DNA of 64,000 bases from an uncultured virus (IMG/VR IMGVR_UViG_3300021964_000019) (taxonomy: Duplodnaviria > Heunggongvirae > Uroviricota > Caudoviricetes): the IMG/VR virus record IMGVR_UViG_3300021964_000019; one strand, 5' to 3'. The notes beneath the pieces were generated by a model. That model had not been told where the DNA came from. It ran no database searches and was given only the letters and a program-made list of their open reading frames with translations. Every line of letters starts with the position of its first letter. The stretch's first letter is position 1. The translations under genes and the position numbers were made by a program. Shown here piece by piece: positions 9,748 through 18,648 of this stretch.

Positions 9748-12700
9748 TGGCAGTTTTAAATTTTAACGTAGCTAATGTTCAGCCATTTACAAATGGAGAA
9801 ACTGCTGTACTTTTCGGTAAAAATGGTTTTACAACCACTATTGGAGAAGTTAAGCTACTTTGTGATTCAGTTACTACAATAGGAAATAATATTAGATTCT
9901 CAGTCAACGCGCTTGATAATTGTTTTGATGAGAATTTTCATAAACACATATTAGAAGTAAATGACGTTAGTCTATTTCCAAACAGAATTAAAGGACATGA
10001 TTATGTAGCATTTCCAATTAACGAAAAAACACCTGATGCTTTCGTAGAAAACTTTAGTGCATTTAGACCTAGAGTTACTCAATACTCTAACCAAATATCT
10101 GCCTATAATACTGTTTCAAACTATATTGAAGTAGTAAATTCTAGATCAGGTAGTGATGTTTTATTTGATAAGCTACCTACTCCTCCGTTTTATGTAACTA
10201 TTAATCAATTAGTAGAAAAGAATCTTGTAGCGAATAACTCTGTTTACATTTCAGGAACAAAAAGAAAAATTATTAAAGAAAATACTGTTACTGGTATTTC
10301 TTCAGCATCTTTTAATCAACCACTAGGAGTAGTTCCTAAAGATGCCAGCTTTATTAAAGTATATGTAGACGGGATATTAGACACTACTTTTAACTATGCT
10401 GATAATACAAACTATGTGACTGTTGATTTAAATAGTTTTAAGATTACAGGAGCTACTACATCTGCTAATAAAATTAGAACAGAGGTAGAGTATTATGGAC
10501 AACCATTAATTGAAGCAGGTGATAATATCTCTATTCTGAGTGGCAATATATACTCAATAGCTAATGTTAGTTACGATCCCGCAGATGTAGATTACAATGT
10601 TGCACTAACTGCTAATACTGTTTATAAAGTTCGCCTCTCTGAATCTCCTAGAGCCAATTTAACAGGTTTTACAGCAACTAATATTGCAGAAGATCCAATT
10701 GGAACAGTGTCTAACGTAACAACTACTACAGGCACAAAAGGTTCTCTAAGCTTTGGTTATAACACTACTACTTATCCTGGAAAATTTAATCTAGCTAATA
10801 CAGGACTATATAGTTTAAGTTCGACTGCTGCTTTTGAAGATATATTCTTTGGTAACCAAGGTGAAAAAGTAATCAGAGATGTTCCTATCGGACTAACTTT
10901 ACTTAGAGCAAGAAATGTCAATTCTGCAAAGCGCAGAAGTCCTTTTAATACTCAAGCAGCGTTTATCAGAAATATTCCTATTCCTAAAGTACAAAATTTA
11001 GAAGTGCAAGAAAGCTTATTTATTGACGCTATTAGAGGGGTCTCTCTTAGAGTAACAGTCAAGTTCGATAAAATTGAGTCTAGAGATGTAACAGATTATG
11101 AAATTGCATATAAACTACAAGGATCAACAAGAACTACTGCTGCTGATGATAAGAATGTTATTACTAATTTAACTAACTTTAATGTTGTAAAAGTACCAAA
11201 TCAATCTTCTTCTTTAGAAACTGGTAGTGAAAAGATTAGTTTTACTATTAACAATTTAGATAGAGGACCAAGAAATAATCCTAATAGAATACTAGTAAGA
11301 GTTACTCCACTAAACGGAGAAATAAAAGGTGTTTCTGTTGAAAAAACTGTCTCACTTCAAGGTAAAAGAACTCCGCCTTTAGCACCAAAACAATTTCAGG
11401 TAGGACAATTATTAGATAACCTTATTTTTGCATGGCAACTAGAAAGAGATGAATCAGGCAGTTTACGAGATCTAGATTTAGAAAAACTTGAGATAAGACG
11501 AATTTCTGAAAGAGTAGATGTGAGCGATGAAGAAACTCTGTTACAAAAGTTTGGAGCAGCTAGTTTAATAGCTGTTGCTGCGGCTCCAGCTAGCTCTGTT
11601 TCTATCCCTATACCTTCATTTGTCGAATCTACTTTTATGGTTCAAGCAGTTGATACTAGTGGAAATAGAAGTCCTGTAGTTGGAACTGTATATCAACCAT
11701 CTCGTCCAGCAGATTTACATACATTTAAAGCCTATAATGAAGATAACCCTGATTTATCATTCACATTAGATTTCAGAGGGCAGTCGATTACTAATGATAA
11801 CGAAGCAGAGGAAGCTTTACATGGAAACTATCCAAGCCAAAATAGTGCAACAGGTGGGTTATCTATTAATTACACTTCAACTGCGGTAGATAATGCTAAT
11901 GGTTTTGCTAGTGGTTGGTCTAGTGTAGCTGACTTAACCGATCTACAAGCTAGTGCTAATGCAGTATATGTTACTCAAGTTAGAGATGTAGGTAGCTTAA
12001 TTAAAGGCAAGGTAATTTTAGAGGTGAGTGGAGAACCGTTCGGGACAGATACTTGGAACTCACAAAAAGAAGTAATTTTAACTAGTTCTACAGAACCTTC
12101 AAATGTTGGAAACATTTTAGTTGATAGAAATGTTTCAGGAACAATTGGACAACCAACTGCTAATGGAGTTGGAAAATATTTTCAGTTAGAAGCACCTCAC
12201 GGAATATTATCTTCTGGAGAAAGTTCAGTTATTTATGATAACATAATCAATGAAACTATAACTTCAGCAGATGGAGGACTACCTATTGACTTAACTACTG
12301 AGATTACTGCTGCACAATTTACCGGTAAGGTATACGCTGTATGGAATCCTGGACAGTTTGCAGATGATACGTCAAATGCTAATTCTTTTGCATTAATTGC
12401 GGGAGTAGTTAATGCTAATGCTATTGCACTAGGTCAAGCCTACTATGCAAACGGTAATCCAATTAAAGACTCTGCTGGTAAACTGGCTACAGATAGTGGA
12501 GCTGATTACTCTGTTACTAATGCTTTACTAAATGTCCACACAGTAACAAACGGAGTTTCTTATGAAATTGTAAACTTAAATCAGTTTACTGACGACTTAG
12601 TATCAACTTTTGCAGGAGTTGATCCTAGTATTGTAAACCAGAATGTACAAATTCGATACTCTGCCGCAAATCCTTTTTATGCTAACAGTAACACACAAAT

Positions 12701-13100
12701 TACTACTTTTAGTACAAATACTGCTACAAGAGATGGTTATATTAGTGTAGCTGGTTTTGATAAAGAGTTTAGATATTTCCAAATTAGGTATAAGGTTGAA
12801 AATAGTAATCCTGCAAAAGCAAGTTTTAACCTTAACACTTTAAGATACTCTGTTGATTTAAAAGATAAAGTATTCATTAGAAATGTTTCTGTTGGAAGTG
12901 AAAACCAAACAATTGATTATAGCAGTGCAGACTTTGTTGATATTCCTTTTGTAAACGGACAAGTAATCAATGCTGCTGCTGGATCTTATACAATTATTAT
13001 GAGAAGTATTACAACAACTAGCTGTACTGTTAGTATCTATGATAACACTGGTACTGTTGTCACAGGCGAGTCTATACAGTTTGAAGCTAGAGGAATTTAA
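9747..13100 (+). CDS. Central tail fibre / J C-terminal-like protein with FN3-type domains
   Basis: Coupled to J by TAATG; DYEIAYK, VRVTP, QAVDTSGNRS FN3-like motifs; beta-rich. Confidence 0.65.
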   Translation: MAVLNFNVANVQPFTNGETAVLFGKNGFTTTIGEVKLLCDSVTTIGNNIRFSVNALDNCFDENFHKHILEVNDVSLFPNRIKGHDYVAFPINEKTPDAFVENFSAFRPRVTQYSNQISAYNTVSNYIEVVNSRSGSDVLFDKLPTPPFYVTINQLVEKNLVANNSVYISGTKRKIIKENTVTGISSASFNQPLGVVPKDASFIKVYVDGILDTTFNYADNTNYVTVDLNSFKITGATTSANKIRTEVEYYGQPLIEAGDNISILSGNIYSIANVSYDPADVDYNVALTANTVYKVRLSESPRANLTGFTATNIAEDPIGTVSNVTTTTGTKGSLSFGYNTTTYPGKFNLANTGLYSLSSTAAFEDIFFGNQGEKVIRDVPIGLTLLRARNVNSAKRRSPFNTQAAFIRNIPIPKVQNLEVQESLFIDAIRGVSLRVTVKFDKIESRDVTDYEIAYKLQGSTRTTAADDKNVITNLTNFNVVKVPNQSSSLETGSEKISFTINNLDRGPRNNPNRILVRVTPLNGEIKGVSVEKTVSLQGKRTPPLAPKQFQVGQLLDNLIFAWQLERDESGSLRDLDLEKLEIRRISERVDVSDEETLLQKFGAASLIAVAAAPASSVSIPIPSFVESTFMVQAVDTSGNRSPVVGTVYQPSRPADLHTFKAYNEDNPDLSFTLDFRGQSITNDNEAEEALHGNYPSQNSATGGLSINYTSTAVDNANGFASGWSSVADLTDLQASANAVYVTQVRDVGSLIKGKVILEVSGEPFGTDTWNSQKEVILTSSTEPSNVGNILVDRNVSGTIGQPTANGVGKYFQLEAPHGILSSGESSVIYDNIINETITSADGGLPIDLTTEITAAQFTGKVYAVWNPGQFADDTSNANSFALIAGVVNANAIALGQAYYANGNPIKDSAGKLATDSGADYSVTNALLNVHTVTNGVSYEIVNLNQFTDDLVSTFAGVDPSIVNQNVQIRYSAANPFYANSNTQITTFSTNTATRDGYISVAGFDKEFRYFQIRYKVENSNPAKASFNLNTLRYSVDLKDKVFIRNVSVGSENQTIDYSSADFVDIPFVNGQVINAAAGSYTIIMRSITTTSCTVSIYDNTGTVVTGESIQFEARGI

Positions 13101-13111
13101 GGAGAAAACAA

Positions 13112-14410
13112 ATGTCAAACGAACAGTTTTTATTGCCTGCTTTTGCTAGAACTGTTGCTCTGTCAAGAAATGACTTTAATACTAGTTTAAGAGCAATCAG
13201 TAGAAACTTCTATGGCGAAGAGCAACCGCTAGGCGCAGATTTTAATGATGAAGGCACAGTTGGAACTGTTCCTAATGGAGTTTTTTGGAGATCTTCTAAA
13301 GGCGGTAGGCTATTTATCAAAGATGTAGCTAATGCAAAACCTCCTACAGGGTCTAATTGGCCTGGTAACAACTTCAGTCGTTATGGAATTGCACTAAGCT
13401 TTGTGGATACACTAGGAGGCGCAGATCAGCGCAATTATGAACTAGGAGAATTAGTAGCTGTAGTAAACTCAAGTGATACAACACAGGCTTCTATCAGACG
13501 TGTATCAGAATCTGGTTTAGGTGCAGCGGCTAATAACCGTTTATACTTAAAAACCTCAAACGGTTCAGCTTCAACAGGTTTTATTGATGTTGGTATTCCA
13601 TATCCTGGATCTGTTAAACCACATCATTTATATCTAGATGCAAAAGTAGAACCAATTACAGATAATACTGTTGATTTAGGAGACTGGTCATATCGTTATC
13701 GTGACGGTTACTTTTCTAATGCGGTGTTAATTGGTTCTTCATCAGCGCACATTGCTTTAAATGCGACTGATGGATTTTTACAACTAGACGGTGTTCAGTT
13801 TGCTAACGGAACTGCTGCTGATCCATCAATTACTTTTGAGTCAGATACTAATACAGGCATATTCCGTGAAGGATCAGACGATATTGGATTTACTGCTGGC
13901 GGTACAAAACGCATGAGCATTGATACAAACTCTGTTGACTTTGCTGTTAACCTACTACCAACTACAGCAACAATTGATGTCGGAGCCTCTGGTAGTCAGT
14001 TTAGAAATATGTATGCGAGTGGTGAGTTTTTTGGTACAGCTACCACTGCAAAATATGCTGACTTGGCAGAAAAATACTCCACAGATGAAGAGTATCCAGT
14101 TGGAACTATTATGATGGTATCTACGCTCTCACTCTTTGAGACAGAGGCTTGTACTGAAACAGGAGTTCCTATCGGTGTTGTATCAGAGTATCCAGCATTT
14201 AAGATGAACTCTGATTCAGAAGGTCAATATCTCGGCTTAAAAGGTCGTCTACCGATTCGTGTAGTAGGCGAAGTAAAAAAGGGAGATAAAATTTACACTA
14301 CATATACTGGAGTTGGAAAAGCAAGCGGATCAGGATCTCTTGTAGGAATTGCATTAGAATCTAACTCTATAGAAGGAGAAAAGCTAGTTGAGTGTGTGCT
14401 AAAAGTTTAA
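13112..14410 (+). CDS. Tail fibre / receptor-binding protein with C-terminal chaperone-like domain
   Basis: GTAADPSITFESDTNTGIF fibre motif; AKYADLAEKY...YPVGT...GVVS...GLKGRLPIRVVG resembles autocleaving intramolecular chaperone domains; SD AAGGAG. Confidence 0.72.
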   Translation: MSNEQFLLPAFARTVALSRNDFNTSLRAISRNFYGEEQPLGADFNDEGTVGTVPNGVFWRSSKGGRLFIKDVANAKPPTGSNWPGNNFSRYGIALSFVDTLGGADQRNYELGELVAVVNSSDTTQASIRRVSESGLGAAANNRLYLKTSNGSASTGFIDVGIPYPGSVKPHHLYLDAKVEPITDNTVDLGDWSYRYRDGYFSNAVLIGSSSAHIALNATDGFLQLDGVQFANGTAADPSITFESDTNTGIFREGSDDIGFTAGGTKRMSIDTNSVDFAVNLLPTTATIDVGASGSQFRNMYASGEFFGTATTAKYADLAEKYSTDEEYPVGTIMMVSTLSLFETEACTETGVPIGVVSEYPAFKMNSDSEGQYLGLKGRLPIRVVGEVKKGDKIYTTYTGVGKASGSGSLVGIALESNSIEGEKLVECVLKV

Positions 14411-14419
14411 AAATTACAT

Positions 14420-14448
14420 TTGCAAAACGCTCTATAGAATCATATAAT
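14420..14448 (+). promoter_or_regulatory. Sigma70-type promoter, probably leaderless
   Basis: TTGCAA-N17-TATAAT; ATG 14454 lies 5 nt after the -10 with no SD. Confidence 0.65.
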
Positions 14449-14453
14449 AAACT

Positions 14454-14648
14454 ATGAAAAAGAAAAAAGGAAAATTCACTTTTACAAGACCGCCATCTCC
14501 TCGAATTGCACGAGATGAAAAGACAAGACGCAGAGCCGTTTCTGGCGTCTTGACTGAGGCACAACTAGAGTCATTTATCTCTCGCGCACGAGACAAAGGA
14601 TGGTCAGTAAAGTATTCTAAACCAATTGGATTTAAGAGGAAAAAATGA
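14454..14648 (+). CDS. Small basic hypothetical protein
   Basis: 64 aa, Lys/Arg-rich, ATGA overlap with next gene. Confidence 0.6.
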   Translation: MKKKKGKFTFTRPPSPRIARDEKTRRRAVSGVLTEAQLESFISRARDKGWSVKYSKPIGFKRKK

Positions 14649-14986
14649 AAAAAGATGGACACACAGATGTAGCATCGTCTCGTAGAATGGTTCAAGCTAT
14701 CTGCGAAGATGCTCAAGACATTTTAAAAGCGCTACCACAAGACGCAGAAGCTGAACTACCAACCTGGTGGACAAACAAGCTTGCTGTGTGTAGCGCCTAC
14801 TTAAACTCAGCAAGAGACTATCTACTCTATTCTGACGACATTGAAGTCGAAACATCAGAAGAAGAAGAGGATGGTGAGCCTTTTACCCTAACTATTAGTG
14901 ATGATGACTTGTCAAAAGAGATGAGTGAAGAAGATCTAATTGAACTAGTTGTGGAGCTTGATGAAGATGCCCCTACAAACAGGTAA
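14645..14986 (+). CDS. Hypothetical protein with acidic C-terminal tail
   Basis: SD GAGG; LPTWWTNKLA helix; Glu/Asp-rich tail. Confidence 0.7.
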   Translation: MKKDGHTDVASSRRMVQAICEDAQDILKALPQDAEAELPTWWTNKLAVCSAYLNSARDYLLYSDDIEVETSEEEEDGEPFTLTISDDDLSKEMSEEDLIELVVELDEDAPTNR

Positions 14987-15167
14987 GAACGCTTTAGGTA
15001 AAAATATTAAAGAGTTGATGCGCAAAAAACCATCCAAAAGTCGTGACAAAGCAATTCGCACTATGGCTGCCAAATCAGGCACAACGTACAAAAAGGCTCG
15101 CCAAAAGCAGGCGATTGCGATTGCCTTATCAGCAGCCGGAAAGAGTAAGCGAAAGCGTAAAAAATAA
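14967..15167 (+). CDS. Small basic hypothetical protein
   Basis: MPLQTGK...KQAIAIALSAAGKSKRKRKK; SD GGAG at 14953. Confidence 0.65.
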   Translation: MPLQTGKNALGKNIKELMRKKPSKSRDKAIRTMAAKSGTTYKKARQKQAIAIALSAAGKSKRKRKK

Positions 15168-15178
15168 AATTTTTCTGT

Positions 15179-15362
15179 TTGTCAACTATCGAAATTTGTG
15201 TTACTATTAGTTTGAACTTAGATGCAATCAATATAAAATATCATTTTTACTTAATTGAACATAGAATGAACATGGCTTTCCGCTATGTTGCAACTACCTG
15301 CCACGGAGTGGCACAACGCGGAGACGGAGTCTCCGCTATTTTATTACCGTCACACTTGTGAC
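15179..15362 (+). promoter_or_regulatory. Promoter + AT-rich tract + three hairpins (candidate origin or structured ncRNA/leader), element A
   Basis: TTGTCA-N17-TACTAT (15179-15207); hairpins TGCCAC-GGA-GTGGCA, GCGGAGAC-GGA-GTCTCCGC, GTCACA-CT-TGTGAC. Confidence 0.55.
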
Positions 15363-15380
15363 TTAATTTTGGAGGTTATT

Positions 15381-15557
15381 ATGGCTAAACATAAAAAAAT
15401 GCCGATGAAGAATGGTAAACCAGCTTTTATGGCTAAAAACAGTTCTAAAAAAGCTGATGCTAAGAAAAAAGTAAACGGTGGAGGTTTGTCTGCGGCACAG
15501 AAGAAACTACCTCCTGCACTACAGAAAGCAATTTTAGCTAAAAAGAAAAAGAAGTGA
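15381..15557 (+). CDS. Small Lys-rich hypothetical protein
   Basis: SD GGAGG before MAKHKKMPMK; LSAAQKKLPPALQKAILAKKKKK. Confidence 0.75.
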   Translation: MAKHKKMPMKNGKPAFMAKNSSKKADAKKKVNGGGLSAAQKKLPPALQKAILAKKKKK

Positions 15558-16159
15558 ATACAGAAGACGAAGTATGGGCAACGTTATCTCCAGAGCATAT
15601 ATGGATATATGACAAACTCATACTTTCTAAAAAACTAGGGTATACGTGTGGCCCCGTAGGAATTGATGTTCCACAACCAGGATGGTATATTGTTAGACCT
15701 ATAATGAATTTAATAGGTTTAGGTTATGGAGCAGAACGTATTTGGATAGAAAAAGACACTGACGATTTACCAATAGGATATTTCTGGTGTGAGTGGTTTG
15801 AAGGAAGACATTTATCTGTAGACTACTATAAGAAGAATATTACTCTATGTGTTGAAGGGTTTAAAGATCCTGAAGAGTTAATGTACTGGGATGCATGGAG
15901 TAAAGTAGATGATCTCCCAGCTTTAGAGAGAATATTGAGGTTTCCAGATCTACTTAATGATATACCGTATGAATATGTAAACTGTGAGTTTATAGGTAAT
16001 AAGTTAATTGAGTGTCAACTTAGACGTAATTTAGACTTTCAGTGGGACAACGAAGATTTTGTTCCTGTATGGCAGGATGAAAATACAGAACCACCAGAAG
16101 GTTGGAGATATGTTGATCATCCAGATTTGCATGGTAGAATAGGAGCATTTATAAAGTAA
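15554..16159 (+). CDS. Putative minimal ATP-grasp fold protein
   Basis: YDK..LSKKLG, YIVRP..NL.GLG.G, FWCEWFEGRHLSVD, NCEF....LIECQLR in ATP-grasp motif order. Confidence 0.55.
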   Translation: MNTEDEVWATLSPEHIWIYDKLILSKKLGYTCGPVGIDVPQPGWYIVRPIMNLIGLGYGAERIWIEKDTDDLPIGYFWCEWFEGRHLSVDYYKKNITLCVEGFKDPEELMYWDAWSKVDDLPALERILRFPDLLNDIPYEYVNCEFIGNKLIECQLRRNLDFQWDNEDFVPVWQDENTEPPEGWRYVDHPDLHGRIGAFIK

Positions 16160-16623
16160 TGATTGATAGCATTACCAAAGGTATTGGAGTTGTGACAGCA
16201 ACATTTGCTCTAATCGGAGGCGGTTACACTTTATATGATAAGCTAGGCATAGAAGATCCTATTCTTACTTGGGCTCCTGAACATTTTCAAATAACTGACG
16301 GCCCTGTAAATGGTGAATTCAAAGTTGAGGTTGCAAGAGAAAAACATAGAGATGACTGTACTGTAGAAGACTTTGTTCTTGATGTAAGAGATAGTGAACA
16401 TATTGTTCATCCTGCAAAACCAAGTATTACTAAATTTATGGGACCCGCAACAGATAAAGTAGATACTTTTGCATATAAAATTACCATTGATGAACATCAT
16501 CAAAACAAAGTAGCAGAAGGTTTAGCAACACTAATTGCTTATATACATTATGATTGTCCTGAAGGTAAGGTTGTAGTAAACTATCCAGACCATGATAATC
16601 TAAGATTTAATATAACAAAATAG
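16159..16623 (+). CDS. Membrane-anchored hypothetical protein
   Basis: N-terminal hydrophobic helix, beta-rich domain with two Cys. Confidence 0.65.
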   Translation: MIDSITKGIGVVTATFALIGGGYTLYDKLGIEDPILTWAPEHFQITDGPVNGEFKVEVAREKHRDDCTVEDFVLDVRDSEHIVHPAKPSITKFMGPATDKVDTFAYKITIDEHHQNKVAEGLATLIAYIHYDCPEGKVVVNYPDHDNLRFNITK

Positions 16624-16631
16624 GAATTGAT

Positions 16632-16814
16632 ATGCCAAAGAAAACTAAATCTAAAGTTAATCAAGCAGGTAATTATACAAAACCTACTATGAGAAAACAA
16701 ATCTTCCAAAGAATTAAGCGAGGATCTAAAGGCGGCGCACCTGGACAATGGAGCGCTAGAAAAGCCCAAATGCTGGCTGTTGCTTATAAAAAAGCTGGCG
16801 GAGGTTATAGATAA
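16632..16814 (+). CDS. DUF5872-like protein, N-terminal half
   Basis: NYTKPTMR.....IK.GSKGG.PGQWSARKAQMLA..YKKAGGGY. Confidence 0.65.
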   Translation: MPKKTKSKVNQAGNYTKPTMRKQIFQRIKRGSKGGAPGQWSARKAQMLAVAYKKAGGGYR

Positions 16815-17065
16815 TGGCAAAGAAGCCTTCTCAACAATCTTTAGTAAATTGGACTCGTCAAGAATGGGGTTACTCTTCAAAAGGCGAAGAGAAAAAACCT
16901 CGTAAGAAACGTGGTAGATATTTACCAAAAGCTGCTTGGCAATCACTTTCTCCTAGTGAGAAGCGTGCTACTAATGCCGCAAAGCGTAAAGGCTCAAAGT
17001 CAGGAAAACAATTTGTAAAACAGCCTAAAAAAATAGCTAAGAAAACAAGATCATATAGAAAATGA
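16814..17065 (+). CDS. DUF5872-like protein, C-terminal half
   Basis: QQSL..WT.QEW...RYLPKAAWQSLS..EKRATN..KR.G...GKQFV; TAATG coupling. Confidence 0.6.
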   Translation: MAKKPSQQSLVNWTRQEWGYSSKGEEKKPRKKRGRYLPKAAWQSLSPSEKRATNAAKRKGSKSGKQFVKQPKKIAKKTRSYRK

Positions 17066-17083
17066 AATAAAGGATGGTATATT

Positions 17084-17245
17084 ATGATTAATTGGATTAA
17101 AAATAGAATTAGTGAAAGAACTTCTTGGGATGGTGCAATGCTTATAGCTGTAGGAGTTGTTTCTTTATTATTTCAATCACTAATGGGATGGGCTGCTTGG
17201 GCAGCAATCATATGGGGAGCTTGGACAGTTATAAAATCTGAGTGA
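17084..17245 (+). CDS. Small 2-TM membrane protein, holin candidate (not in ORF track)
   Basis: 53 aa MINWIKNRISERTSWDGAMLIAVGVVSLLFQSLMGWAAWAAIIWGAWTVIKSE; SD AAGGA. Confidence 0.6.
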   Translation: MINWIKNRISERTSWDGAMLIAVGVVSLLFQSLMGWAAWAAIIWGAWTVIKSE

Positions 17246-17269
17246 TAACTTATAATAGGATGGTACTGG

Positions 17270-17809
17270 ATGAAAAAATTAATATTCTTATTGCTATTTA
17301 GCTATAGCAGTTTTGCGTTCGCAGAAACAATTGTAACAGAGTCTACTACAAATAGTACAGTTACAACAAATGGAGAAATGACTACAACAGTTAAATCTCC
17401 TCCGCCCTCAGCAATTTCACCACAATTTAGTTCTGGAAACAATAGCGATTTATGTACAATCGGTGTTGCTGGAGCTGTTCAAACTCAAATCTTAGGCATT
17501 TCTGCCGGTACTACTTTTACAGAAGAAAACTGTATTCGTCTTAAAAATGCGAAGACACTATACGATATGGGCATGAAAGTTGCTGCTGTTTCTGTCATGT
17601 GTCAAGATAAACAAGTATTTGACGCTATGATGATGGCAGGAACACCGTGTCCTTATGAAGGGCAGATTGGTGAGGCTGCAAAGATTGGTTGGGAATCTCA
17701 TGTAGCAGACGATAAGCATGAAATGAACGGCACAGGAGAAAAAATTGATGTTAAGGAAAAAGCTACTTACGGTGGTATTGGTTTGCTTACCCTCTTATTG
17801 CTACTCTGA
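17270..17809 (+). CDS. Exported protein with 4 Cys, amphipathic beta-hairpin and hydrophobic C-terminal anchor
   Basis: Signal peptide ending AFA; GVAGAVQTQILGISAGTT; tail GGIGLLTLLLLL. Confidence 0.7.
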   Translation: MKKLIFLLLFSYSSFAFAETIVTESTTNSTVTTNGEMTTTVKSPPPSAISPQFSSGNNSDLCTIGVAGAVQTQILGISAGTTFTEENCIRLKNAKTLYDMGMKVAAVSVMCQDKQVFDAMMMAGTPCPYEGQIGEAAKIGWESHVADDKHEMNGTGEKIDVKEKATYGGIGLLTLLLLL

Positions 17810-18638
17810 GAGTATAACTTCTTATTACGGTACTACAGGAAACGCTGCAGGATCAGGTTTAAATTGGTCTATGAATAATATTTTACCGACACCGCCTGGA
17901 TTAGACATTAACGGAGTAATTTATAATTACACAATTCAAAAAGATGTTGATGATTCAGTAAACGTTCACATTCAAAATGAAAACGCTAATGGCACTGGTT
18001 ATATATTTAGAGAGACAGATGAGTGGAATCCGGGATCTCTTGGTGGTACAGAAATTAGAAAAGTTGTCCCCGTTATTCCAAATATCCCAAGACAGTCTTG
18101 GGGTGATGGGTCTATTGAAGTAGAAGGTAGTGGCTCTGTTACAGATCCTAGTGTGGTTTATATGTATAAGGTAGATCCTTGTTATGACCCACAATTTGAT
18201 CCTAACTGTCCAGGGTATAAGGTTCCAGTACCAGAAATACCAGTTATCGATGTTAGTATTATATATAATGCTTCTGAAGATGAAGCTGTGCAAATAGCAA
18301 CTACAGAAACTGATACAGAATTATATGAAGAAACAGAGACTAAGATTGAAGACGAAGAAGAGGATGAAGATAAAAAAGAAATGAGACTTGAAGAAGCTCT
18401 TTCAGCGGCAGATACTTCTGCACTATTTGCCGAAGCTCTAGCACAGTCTCAAATATTAGCGGCAATCAACATAGCCGTTCAAATAAATCCATATTATGCT
18501 GCCAGCATTCCTGGCGGAGTGTATAAAGAAACTATAGTATTGGTCGATAAGAAGATAGAGGATAATAAGCAGGGATTGAGGAATGGCCTTGCACAACAAT
18601 TATTGCATGAAAAAATGATTGAAATGCAGTATGATTAG
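17748..18638 (+). CDS. Exported protein (beta domain, DPCYDPQFDPNCPGY motif, acidic linker, helical C-terminus)
   Basis: SD AGGAG at 17734; signal peptide-like N-terminus. Confidence 0.65.
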   Translation: MLRKKLLTVVLVCLPSYCYSESITSYYGTTGNAAGSGLNWSMNNILPTPPGLDINGVIYNYTIQKDVDDSVNVHIQNENANGTGYIFRETDEWNPGSLGGTEIRKVVPVIPNIPRQSWGDGSIEVEGSGSVTDPSVVYMYKVDPCYDPQFDPNCPGYKVPVPEIPVIDVSIIYNASEDEAVQIATTETDTELYEETETKIEDEEEDEDKKEMRLEEALSAADTSALFAEALAQSQILAAINIAVQINPYYAASIPGGVYKETIVLVDKKIEDNKQGLRNGLAQQLLHEKMIEMQYD

Positions 18639-18648
18639 GAGAATAATA

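Noticed and set aside
9740..9750. Possible frameshift or pseudogene splitting the J gene
   Set aside because: The junction is a TAATG stop-start overlap, the coupling used throughout this genome
15285..15380. N-terminal extension of the 15285-15557 ORF and the 15179-15361 ORF
   Set aside because: Strong GGAGG SD supports the start at 15381; the upstream sequence is better explained as promoter and hairpins
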